A stretch of 64,000 nt of DNA, taken from assembly GCA_963724295.1 (NCBI GenBank), contig CAVRUC010000002.1, forward strand, positions 288,001 to 352,000. The letters run 5' to 3'. The first letter of the stretch is position 1; the number at the start of each line of letters is the position of its first letter. This document shows positions 9,122-18,094 of this stretch, in pieces. Both the position numbers and the translations under genes were made by a program. The stretch comes from an uncultured Chloroflexia bacterium. Lineage in GTDB: Bacteria; Chloroflexota; Chloroflexia; Thermomicrobiales; UBA6265. Under the pieces are notes generated by a model. That model did no database searches. It was not told the origin of the DNA and saw nothing but the letters and a program-made list of their open reading frames with translations.

Positions 9122-10501
9122 CTACGATTCACGTAACGCGCGCGGGAGTTCCAGACCCTCCGGCCATTCACCCCACCGCACGCCCTCGATCGACTCGTCA
9201 TCATCGGGTCGCCGGCGAGAGCGAATAAGGGAGAAAAGCCCGGCAATCAGGGCGATCAGGACGACGAGACCCAGGATGATCGTTCCGGACGCGAGCGCGA
9301 GTCCCTCGCCAATCGTTGCCCAGGGGGAGGCGCCGCTATCGTCACCGAACCGGGTTGTCCCGGTCGCCCCGATCTGTTGCGCGTCTGCGAGGAGATCTTC
9401 GCGCCAGCGGCGATCGAGCTCCTCGAAGCTAATGCCGAGCCCCTGCTGCACCGCATCTTCGTAGGTGACGCCTTCTTTCAACGTTGCCAGCAGCTTGGAC
9501 ATCCCTTCATCGCCCCAGGTATCGAGGATGTACATCACCGCCGAGAGGCTGAAGGCATAGGAGGCCGTGGCGCCGTCCCGATCATAGGGAAAGGTGCCGT
9601 TCAGCGTGCGCAGCGGAGGCACCTTGCCGCTTGCGGCGAGCTCCAGCGCGTAGGAGTAAAAGCGGTCGCGCCCGCTCTCTTGCCAATAGACCGCCAACCC
9701 TTCGTCGAGCCACTGCGGTGGACTATTGAAGGCGTTGTCGGTGGCCTGATACAGCACCTGGTGGCTGATCTCGTGCGGAACGACCCGGGTGACTTCGTCA
9801 TAGTCCCCAGGCGGCAGCACCGCCATGATCATATGTAGCGGTGGGTAGGCCGCGCCGGCGATCCACTGCTCCGAGTTAGGCGCCAGCGCGCCGTAGAGGT
9901 GTTCCTTGTCAGCGTACGCCCAGACGCGCACCGGCTGCTCCAGCCTGGCCCCATACGCTTCGGCGAGACTGGCAATGGTCCTCTCGGCTGCGTCGAGGAT
10001 CGCCTGCTGGAAGTTCGGGTCCGCATCGTAGGTGTAGACGGTTACATTCGGGCCGCTGAGCGGCGCCCAGTCGTAGCGGTCGTCGGCCCAGAGGAGCGTT
10101 TGCTCGGGGGTTTCGACAACGTCCCCGTCTTCCTCGGTGATGCGCCAGCGGTACTGGACATCGACGCCAGGCGGTAGCTGTCCGGAGCGCAGGTCAACCG
10201 GATGCTCGATCTCGAGATCAGTCGCCCCGGGGGTAATGGACGGCAGCTCGACAGAGAGGGTCTCCACACCCGGCTCCCGGTAAAGCAACTCCACATTCGC
10301 AATGGGGTCGCTCGATTGGGCGTCCAGGGTGAACGTAATTCCCTCCGGGAACTCAGCTGTCGCCTCGTTGCGCGCCACCGCGAGACCGGGGATAGCGGCC
10401 GGAGCGGCATCTTCAACGACGTCTTGGGCCAGTGCCGGCGCGAGCGGGATAGCGCCAGCCAGGATCACGAGCAGGAGGAGGATGCGCATCAGTCTGGTCA
10501 T
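9122..10501 (-). CDS. Peptidase MA-family (gluzincin) metallopeptidase, secreted and C-terminally anchored
   Basis: Signal peptide; HEISH + WLDEGLA; C-terminal TM; ATGA overlap with prfB stop. Confidence 0.88.
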   Translation of the reverse strand: MTRLMRILLLLVILAGAIPLAPALAQDVVEDAAPAAIPGLAVARNEATAEFPEGITFTLDAQSSDPIANVELLYREPGVETLSVELPSITPGATDLEIEHPVDLRSGQLPPGVDVQYRWRITEEDGDVVETPEQTLLWADDRYDWAPLSGPNVTVYTYDADPNFQQAILDAAERTIASLAEAYGARLEQPVRVWAYADKEHLYGALAPNSEQWIAGAAYPPLHMIMAVLPPGDYDEVTRVVPHEISHQVLYQATDNAFNSPPQWLDEGLAVYWQESGRDRFYSYALELAASGKVPPLRTLNGTFPYDRDGATASYAFSLSAVMYILDTWGDEGMSKLLATLKEGVTYEDAVQQGLGISFEELDRRWREDLLADAQQIGATGTTRFGDDSGASPWATIGEGLALASGTIILGLVVLIALIAGLFSLIRSRRRPDDDESIEGVRWGEWPEGLELPRALRES

Positions 10502-11617
10502 GCGGAGCTTGTCCTTGCCTCGGAAAGCTGTTGATGCAGGTAGGCCTCGATGAACGGGTCGATCGCGCCGTCCAGCACCGCCTGGGTGTCGCCGACGCTG
10601 ACCTCGGTGCGGTGGTCGGTCACCTGCGTGTACGGGTGGAGCACGTACGAGCGAATGCGGTTGCCGAATCCGGCCGCGGTGTGCTCTCCCTTGATGCGGG
10701 ATCGCTCGTCCGCCTCCTCGTTCATCTTCCGCTCCAGGAGACGGGCACGCAGGATCTTCATCGCGCTCTCCCGGTTCTGGATCTGGGAGCGCTCGTTCTG
10801 GCAAGTGACGACGATGCCCGTCGGGAGGTGCGTGATGCGCACCGCCGACGACGTCTTGTTGACGTGCTGACCGCCGGCCCCGGACGCGCGATAGGTATCG
10901 ATGCGCAGATCATCATCGCCGATGGAGATCTCGTGATCATCCTCGATCTCGGGAAGAACCTCGACCAGCGCGAACGCGGTGTGACGCCGGTGCGCGGCAT
11001 CGAACGGTGAAAGGCGCACCAGACGGTGCGACCCCGCCTCCGCCTTGGCATAGCCGTAGGCGCGCGGCCCGCGAATCTCGATCGTGGCGTTCTTGATCCC
11101 CGCTTCCTCGCCGTCGGAGGTATCCAGAATCTCCGCCTTTAGCCCGCGCCGCTCGGCCCAGCGCACGTACATACGGGATAGCATCTCAGCCCAGTCCTGA
11201 GCGTCGACCCCGCCTTCGCCGGAGTGAACGACGAGGATGGCGTCGGAACTGTCGTAGGGTCCGGAGAGGGTCGAGTCCAGCTCGAACTGCTCGACCTCCT
11301 CCAGGAGCTTGGCGCCTTCCCGCAAGAGCTCGGCGGCGAGCTCCTCGTCGTCCGCCGCAAGCTCCTGGAGCACGGCCATTTCCTCGGTCTGAGCCAGCAG
11401 CCGGCGCCACTCGCCAACTTCGTTGCGCATCTCACCCAAACGGCGCATCTGCGCCTGGGCAGTGCGGGCGTCGTCCCAGAATCCCGGTTCGGCGCTCTGG
11501 GCGTCGAGTGCGGCGATCTCTTGCTCTATCGTGGCCAAGTCAAAGACGCACCCCGAGCCGGTCGAGACGCTGACGGATGCTGTCGAGATCGACGGCTTTT
11601 TCGGTGGTAGACATCAT
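10498..11617 (-). CDS. prfB: Peptide chain release factor 2 (programmed +1 frameshift)
   Basis: SPF and GGQ motifs; short first frame MMSTTEK...LGVRL ends in CTT TGA C at 11545-11539. Confidence 0.97.
11539..11554 (-). promoter_or_regulatory. prfB +1 frameshift site with internal Shine-Dalgarno
   Basis: Minus strand GGGGTG-CGT-CTT-TGA-C. Confidence 0.93.
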
Positions 11618-11745
11618 CTGTGCAATCTGCTCCGCAATTGAAGAAGTGGCATAGCGGCCGAGATCGGCCCAAGATCGAAAGTATAGTCGCCCCCTGTGGT
11701 CCTCGTTTGATTGTTGCCGCGGAAGTCGCGTGGAGAGCGATCCCG

Positions 11746-12237
11746 ATGACGGACATAGCAATCGCCTCGGATCACCTGAACTATCGCGTGGCGGGAGTCT
11801 GCGTCCACGATGGGCACGTCCTGCTCCACCGGGAGGTGAAGGACGATTTCTGGGTTACACCGGGCGGCCGTCCCCACCTTTACGAGCCCTCTCAGGATGC
11901 GCTGATCCGGGAGATGGACGAAGAGATCGCGACGCGCGTCGAGGTCCTTCGTCTCCTCTGGGTTGTCGAGAACTTCTTTGAATATGCTGGTAAACAGTGG
12001 CATGAGATTGCGTTCTACTATCAGATGTCGCTTCCGGAGGATTCTCCCTATCGTGACGTCGGGGTGGACTTTACGGGCCGGGAAGGGGACGTGACGCTCC
12101 TGTTCCACTGGTTTCGGATCGACGAGATCGCGCGAGTCCGCATCTATCCCACGTTTCTGAGGACCGCGCTCAGCGCGATTCCCAATTCCCCGGTCCATAT
12201 CATCCACATCGATCAACCGGACGAGCCGGGTGTCTGA
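11746..12237 (+). CDS. NUDIX hydrolase
   Basis: PGGRPHLYEPSQDALIREMDEEI Nudix box. Confidence 0.9.
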   Translation: MTDIAIASDHLNYRVAGVCVHDGHVLLHREVKDDFWVTPGGRPHLYEPSQDALIREMDEEIATRVEVLRLLWVVENFFEYAGKQWHEIAFYYQMSLPEDSPYRDVGVDFTGREGDVTLLFHWFRIDEIARVRIYPTFLRTALSAIPNSPVHIIHIDQPDEPGV

Positions 12238-12354
12238 TACACGCAGCAGAGACGCGGATCGCAAGCCAGCCTCCGTAAATGCCTTTCGCCCCGCTGCTAT
12301 GCTCCTGGGTATAAGCGCGTGTGGAACACCGGGGACGAGTTGGAAAGGAACGAC

Positions 12355-13221
12355 GTGGCGGACGGGATGCTCGTCGGGGTGCAGACGCCGACACAGCGGC
12401 CATGGCCGGAACTGGCCAAACAGTGGGCATGGTTGGAGCGGCTCGGCTTCGACAGCCTCTGGCTGGCCGATCACTATGTGCCACCGTTCAAGCTCGATGG
12501 TCCGATCTTCGAGCCCTGGACGCTCCTGGCGGGTTTGGCCGTGCATACGGAGCGTGTCCGCATCGGGGTGCTCGTATCCTGCAATACCTTCCGTCACCCG
12601 CCGTTGGTGGCCAAGGAGGCGGTCACGGTCGACCACATCTCCGGTGGACGGCTCGAATTTGGACTCGGCGCCGGGTGGTTCGTCCCCGAGCATGAGATGT
12701 TCGGCATCCCCTTCCCCGCGAACGCCGAGCTGATCGGGCGCTTCCGCGAGGCGGTCGAGATCTGTCACCAGCTCTTCACGCAAGACATCACGACCTACGA
12801 CGGGACGTACTACCAGATCCGCGACGCGCCGTTCCGGCCCGCGCCGCTGCAACAGCCGCGGATGCCCTTCACCCTCGGCGCGCACGGGCCGCGCATGATG
12901 CGCATCGTGGCCCGCTACGCCGATCGGTGGAACTCGACCGGCTCTATCGCCGAGATGCGGGAGCGCAACCGCCTGCTGGACGAGGCCTGCGCCGCGGTGG
13001 GGCGGGATCCCAATCAGATCCTGCGCTCGCACCTCTATGTCCCGGCGATTCTGCCGGACGAGCATCCCTGGGACTCTCCGGACGCGCTGCGCGACTTCAT
13101 GGGCCGCCTGCGTGAGATCGGCATCCGCGAGGCGATCATCCAGATCCCACCGGACATCGATCCCGTCCAGGTCGAGCGCATCGCCGAGACGGCGGCGGAA
13201 TTGCGGTTGGTCGCCGCCTGA
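12355..13221 (+). CDS. LLM-class flavin/F420-dependent oxidoreductase
   Basis: GFDSLWLADH, FRHPPLVAK, TVDHISGGRLEFGLGAGW. Confidence 0.92.
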   Translation: MADGMLVGVQTPTQRPWPELAKQWAWLERLGFDSLWLADHYVPPFKLDGPIFEPWTLLAGLAVHTERVRIGVLVSCNTFRHPPLVAKEAVTVDHISGGRLEFGLGAGWFVPEHEMFGIPFPANAELIGRFREAVEICHQLFTQDITTYDGTYYQIRDAPFRPAPLQQPRMPFTLGAHGPRMMRIVARYADRWNSTGSIAEMRERNRLLDEACAAVGRDPNQILRSHLYVPAILPDEHPWDSPDALRDFMGRLREIGIREAIIQIPPDIDPVQVERIAETAAELRLVAA

Positions 13222-13387
13222 TGCGGGATCCAGACCGGTCGATATCCGCGGTCCACATCATCGAGGTCCGCGGCCGCAGCATTTTGGAGGGCCAGCAAGG
13301 CAGTGGCGGTGAGGCGAGCGACGCACCCGCGGGTGCGTCGCTCCTGCAACGATCCGCCGGCGCTGACCTCCAGGAATCTCCGATCGC

Positions 13388-14755
13388 CTAGCGACTCTCC
13401 TCGTGGAGGCCTGGCTCACGCCCCTGGCGCCCGCGTCGTCGCTGATCCTCCCGCAGTTGCGCCGACTTTCGAACGTGCGACCCGTAGGCGCTTGTCAGAG
13501 GAGCCGATTCCAGCATCATGGACTCGGCAAGATCGTCCTGAACCGACGCCGTCATCGGTGCGGCCGCCAGATAGGCCCGGGATTGCCGCATCCGGGCGCG
13601 TGACTCGGTGTAGCGACCCGCCCGATCCAGCTCCAGCCCGGCGCGCCGCTCCGCGGCCGCGCGCTGCAGCGCTGACCGCTCGACGACGAGGTCGTCGCGG
13701 GTCGCCGCCGCCACGTCCAGCGCATCTGCGCGCCGCAACGGATCCAGCGCGGCGTTGATCTCCCGGCGCGCGTCGGCTCGCGGGTCGGTCCAGCAGGCGG
13801 TGACGCCGACGGGCAGCTGGTCCCCAGCGGTGCCGGACCCGGCACGGACGGTGAACACCAGATCGATCTCGTCGCCGGCGGCGAGGTCGCCAATGGCGAC
13901 GTCGAGCGTATTCCCGCGGGTTTCGAGCGGGAACGCGGAGACGAGCTCGGCATCGACTCCAGGCGGGAGGGCCAGCGAGACCGTCAGACCGGTCGCCGCG
14001 ACACTGAACAGCTCCTGCAGCTCGTGGGCGAAGAACGCCCGCAGCCCGTCCGGGGCGGCGACGTACTGGAAGTTGCCACCCCCCGCTTCCGCCATCGCGC
14101 TGAGCAGTCCCTCGTCGAAGTCCTCACCCACGCCGACCGTGGTCGTGGCGATGCCGCGCCGCCGCAACTCGCCCGCGTGCCGCGCCAGCATCCCCGGATC
14201 GAGAATGCCGACGTTTGCCAACCCATCGGTGAGCAGGATGACGCGCCGGATACGCGTTGCCGTGGAGTCTGCGCCGGCGACGGGTGTCGCCTCGGCGAGT
14301 TGATGGCAACCGGCAACCCAGCCGCCGGAGAGGTAGGTCGACCCTCCGGGATCGACGCCGTGCAGCGCGAGCCGCAGACTGGCCTTGAGCCGGGGCGTCG
14401 CCGGAGCCAGCGGCTGCACGGTGTCGACCTCATCGTCGTAGACGACCAGCGCCGTGCGGTCGGCGTCCCGCAGCCGCGCCACCGCCAGATCAACCCCCTC
14501 CTTGGCGAGATCCAATTTGCCGCCGTGCATCGACCCGGAGCGGTCGAGGACGAACGCGACGTCGAGGGGCGCCGCCCGGCTGGTCTCACCTTCGTCCGTC
14601 GCGGCGATGACCCGCACCAGCAGGGTCGCCTCGCCACCACTAGCCGCGATCAGCGGCTTCTCCCACCGCGCCTCGACGCGGGCGCTCTTACCGCGCTCCG
14701 TGGTCTCGTGGTGATCGTTGGCGGCGTCCTGGCGCCGGGTGGGTTCGTTCGTCAT
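13388..14755 (-). CDS. vWA domain protein
   Basis: MIDAS DRSGS, GGST, LLTDG; RBS AGGAGG. Confidence 0.92.
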   Translation of the reverse strand: MTNEPTRRQDAANDHHETTERGKSARVEARWEKPLIAASGGEATLLVRVIAATDEGETSRAAPLDVAFVLDRSGSMHGGKLDLAKEGVDLAVARLRDADRTALVVYDDEVDTVQPLAPATPRLKASLRLALHGVDPGGSTYLSGGWVAGCHQLAEATPVAGADSTATRIRRVILLTDGLANVGILDPGMLARHAGELRRRGIATTTVGVGEDFDEGLLSAMAEAGGGNFQYVAAPDGLRAFFAHELQELFSVAATGLTVSLALPPGVDAELVSAFPLETRGNTLDVAIGDLAAGDEIDLVFTVRAGSGTAGDQLPVGVTACWTDPRADARREINAALDPLRRADALDVAAATRDDLVVERSALQRAAAERRAGLELDRAGRYTESRARMRQSRAYLAAAPMTASVQDDLAESMMLESAPLTSAYGSHVRKSAQLREDQRRRGRQGREPGLHEESR

Positions 14756-14966
14756 GAAGGGCCTCCTTTGCTGATTCGAATCGGCTGCTCCACGTTCGGT
14801 CCGTGGCTGGCTGCGAAGTCAGTGCTCCCTCCCGCCAGCGCGACTGGCGCCTTGCCGGACGGCGGAGTTGGGCCGATCTGCATGCGTTACGGTCGTTTCG
14901 TAAGTCGCGAATTCGAGTGAGCGGCGCGGCTCGCATCGCCGCTGTGATGCTGTTCGCTCCGTGGCG

Positions 14967-15727
14967 TCAGCCGAAGACCTTTCTCGCCCAGCGCACGAGC
15001 CAATCGATCCGATCGCGATGGCGGCCATAGACCCGATCGGAGATCACCAGCTCTGCTTCGTCGCCGAGCGCGATGCGATGCCATAACCCGGTACCCGGAC
15101 TTGCCATGGACTCGTCAGGCCGCGCGGCATCGATGCGGAGGAGCGTGTCGGCCGTGGCCCCCGGCGCCGCGCTGGCTCGGGGATGAAATTCGATCGATCC
15201 ATGTCTGCCTCCGCCGGCGCGGCGGCCGCCGGAAACTGGAGCGCCATCGGCTCCGTTCGGTACTGCTCGCGAGACTCCAGCAAGGCGAGGTAATCCCGCG
15301 CCCCGGCTAGTGACTCGTCGTACAGCGTTCCGGATGCCGGCGACGTGAATGGCGCTGCCCGGTTATCGCTGGCCGCGAGCAGGCTCCTCACCTCGTCGTC
15401 GCTCAGCCCGGACAGGCGGCGGCGGATTTCCTTCAGCGGCAGATACGCCTCCTTCAGCCGCTGGATGAGCCGCAAGCGGTCGAGATGTCCCTCTGTGTAG
15501 GCGCTCCCTGGTCCCGAGCCCTCAGGTGGCGGCAGCAGACCCTCGGCGATGTAGTAGCGAACCGTGCGCACCGACACGTCTGCCGCCGCGGTCAGCTCGC
15601 TCAGCGTCAGCCGCTCGCCGTCCGCTGGTCGGCGGTCCAGCGCATCCTCATACCTGACGACATCCTCATCCCCGAGGACGGAGCGCTCGATTTCGCCATC
15701 CGATCGTTGACCGCTTTTACCAGCCAT
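14967..15727 (-). CDS. MerR-family HTH regulator (apparent frameshift near 15170-15240)
   Basis: VSVRTVRYYIAEGLLPPP...YLPLKEIR; alternative frame gives the plausible C-terminus WHRIALGDEAELVI...WARKVFG* ending at 14967. Confidence 0.85.
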
Positions 15728-15733
15728 GGCACA

Positions 15734-15762
15734 ATCATAACAGTGATACGTATCACTGTCAA
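15734..15762 (-). promoter_or_regulatory. Leaderless sigma70 promoter TTGACA-17-TATGAT with perfect 20-bp palindromic operator
   Basis: -35 at 15762-15757, -10 at 15739-15734, ATG 6 nt downstream; ACAGTGATAC|GTATCACTGT at 15740-15759. Confidence 0.85.
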
Positions 15763-15827
15763 TACTACGTCGCTGCTAGACTCGGGCGGTGTCAGATCGG
15801 AACGGAATGAGGGGATGTGGGCGGACG

Positions 15828-17078
15828 ATGGCGCGCTCTGATGGAGATGGCGAGCGACCCAGGGGCAAGCAGGCCGGGTTGCCCCTGGCGGGGGTAAAGG
15901 TCGTCGATCTGACCCGGGTGATGGTCGGTCCCTACTGCACCATGATGCTCGGTGACCTCGGCGCCGACGTGGTGAAGATCGAGATCCCGGGTCGCGGCGA
16001 CGACACCCGCCATTGGGGGCCGCCCTTCGTCGATACCGAGTCGGTCTACTACCTGTCGGTCAACCGCAACAAGCGCTCGATCGCCCTCGACCTCAAGCAG
16101 GACGCCGCCAAGGAGGCTCTCTGGCGGCTGATCGAAGCGGCCGACGTTCTGGTTGAGAACTTTTCCCCTGGTACGCTCGATCGGCTCGGGTTCGGCTACG
16201 AGGCGGTCAAGGCGCGCCGCCCGGAGATCGTCTACGCGGCCATCTCCGGATTCGGCCAGTCCGGTCCCGACTACCAGCGCACGGCGTACGACCTGATCGT
16301 GCAGGGCACCAGCGGCATGATGAGCATCACCGGCCACCCCGGCGGTCCACCGACCCGGCTCGGGGTCCCGATCGCCGACATCGGTGGGGGCATGTTCGCC
16401 GCGTACGCCATCGTGGCCGCGCTCTTCGACCGCGAGCGCAGCGGTGAGGGGAGCTACGTCGACGTCTCGATGCTCGGCGGCCAGGTGGCCCTGCTCACCT
16501 ACCAGGCCGGGCTCTACCTCTCCACCGGCGCCACCCCCGGGCAGCTCGGGAACGCCCACCCGATGATCGCTCCCTACGACACGTTCGCCACCGCCGACGG
16601 CTACGTGAACATCGCCGTCGGCAACAGCTCGCTCTGGGAGCGCTTCTGCACCGCGCTCGAGCTCGAATCGCTCATGGAGGAGGAGTGTTTCGCCACCAAC
16701 GCCGGTCGCTCGACAAACCGGCAGGCGCTCTACGCGACGCTGGAGCCGAGATTGCAAGCGTTCACCACCGACGAGGTGGTGCGCCGCCTCGATAACGCGG
16801 GTGTGCCCTGCGGTCCGATCCGGGACGTGGCGCAGGCGATGGACGATGACCAGACCCGCGCCCAGGATCTGATTCTCGAAGTCGAGCATCCGCGGATCGG
16901 TCCATTGCGGCTGTCCGGTGCTCCGTACCACTTCGATGGTGAGCCGGTGCGCGCCCGCCTCCCACCGCCGCTCCTCGGCCAGCAGACGACCGAGATCCTC
17001 GCCGAGGCGGGATTCAGTTCAGAGGAGATCCAGGCACTCATTGCATCGGGCGCCGCGCAGGCTGATGACGGCGGGTGA
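15828..17078 (+). CDS. CaiB/BaiF family III CoA transferase
   Basis: PLAGVKVVDLTR, LGDLGADVVKIE, NRNKRSIALDLK, ENFSPG. Confidence 0.95.
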   Translation: MARSDGDGERPRGKQAGLPLAGVKVVDLTRVMVGPYCTMMLGDLGADVVKIEIPGRGDDTRHWGPPFVDTESVYYLSVNRNKRSIALDLKQDAAKEALWRLIEAADVLVENFSPGTLDRLGFGYEAVKARRPEIVYAAISGFGQSGPDYQRTAYDLIVQGTSGMMSITGHPGGPPTRLGVPIADIGGGMFAAYAIVAALFDRERSGEGSYVDVSMLGGQVALLTYQAGLYLSTGATPGQLGNAHPMIAPYDTFATADGYVNIAVGNSSLWERFCTALELESLMEEECFATNAGRSTNRQALYATLEPRLQAFTTDEVVRRLDNAGVPCGPIRDVAQAMDDDQTRAQDLILEVEHPRIGPLRLSGAPYHFDGEPVRARLPPPLLGQQTTEILAEAGFSSEEIQALIASGAAQADDGG

Positions 17079-17216
17079 AAAAATGCACTCAGATCCATGC
17101 CCGCACAATGAGATCGTTGGTGCCCTCGACCGGGCTTTCGCTGAGCCGTTCGGTCGGTCTTGACTTCCCGCGAGACAGGTGCTTGAGAATTTGACGCGGA
17201 CGCCACCCAAGGGTAT

Positions 17217-18065
17217 CTACAACGCGACCCTTCCCGGCTCCAGATAATCGGCGAGGAATCCGCGCACCACCTCCATGTACCGACCGAACTGGTCACGGCG
17301 GATGTTGTGGCCGGCCTCCGCGATGTGCGCGATTTCAAGGTGAGGCACAAGGACCTTGAGCATCGCGGCACTCTCCTCGGTGACGATCGCGCCGAGCTCA
17401 GGGTCCGCAGTGACGAGCAGCGCCGGACAGGTGATCTGCCGCATGATCTCCGGCCAATCGATGCCCGCCGCGTTGTCCTGGTCCAGGACGCTGAGGACAT
17501 TCGGGCTGAATCGCTGTTTCGCGTCTGCCCAGGGTTCCAGGTCGGCTTCTGACCAGCCGGGTTGCTCCGCGCGCTGCCCGTCAAGCAGTTCCTCACGCGT
17601 TTTCCCCATCAGCCCGATGAACCGCTCCCGCATCCCGGCCAGGCGCTCTGTCGCCTCCGGCGTGGCGGTCCAACCCGTCCACCACGCGGGGGGATCTTCC
17701 AGCAGAATTGCTCCGGGCAGGTCCGGATAGGCGCCGGCGAGGACCAGCGCCGTGGCCGCGCCCATCGAGTGGCCGAGTACCGCCGGGCGCTCCAGCTCCA
17801 GCGCGGTGATGACCCCAGCAAGGTCATCTGCCTGTGCGGCCGGGTCATACCCACGCTCTGGCGCATCCGAGTGGCCGTGCCCGCGCGCATCGACCATGAT
17901 CGCGTCGTACTGCGGCGCCAGCGCCTCCGCCACCTGTGTCCAGCAGGGACCGGCGTCGGTCACCCCGTGCGCCAGCACGACAGGTGGCTTATCGCCTCCC
18001 GTCCGGCTGTAGTGGAGGCGAAGCCCATTCGTCTCGACATAGCCCGTTTGCCAGTCTTCCCTCAT
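17217..18065 (-). CDS. Alpha/beta hydrolase
   Basis: HG, DARGHGHS, GHSMG nucleophile elbow, AGH. Confidence 0.92.
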   Translation of the reverse strand: MREDWQTGYVETNGLRLHYSRTGGDKPPVVLAHGVTDAGPCWTQVAEALAPQYDAIMVDARGHGHSDAPERGYDPAAQADDLAGVITALELERPAVLGHSMGAATALVLAGAYPDLPGAILLEDPPAWWTGWTATPEATERLAGMRERFIGLMGKTREELLDGQRAEQPGWSEADLEPWADAKQRFSPNVLSVLDQDNAAGIDWPEIMRQITCPALLVTADPELGAIVTEESAAMLKVLVPHLEIAHIAEAGHNIRRDQFGRYMEVVRGFLADYLEPGRVAL

Positions 18066-18094
18066 GAGCCTCCTCCAGCTCGCCGCCTTACCGC

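Noticed and set aside
11614..13065. Long antisense ORFs (also 15792-16931, 27712-29361, 37354-38538, 47738-49111)
   Set aside because: Shadow ORFs opposite well-supported genes, expected at high GC
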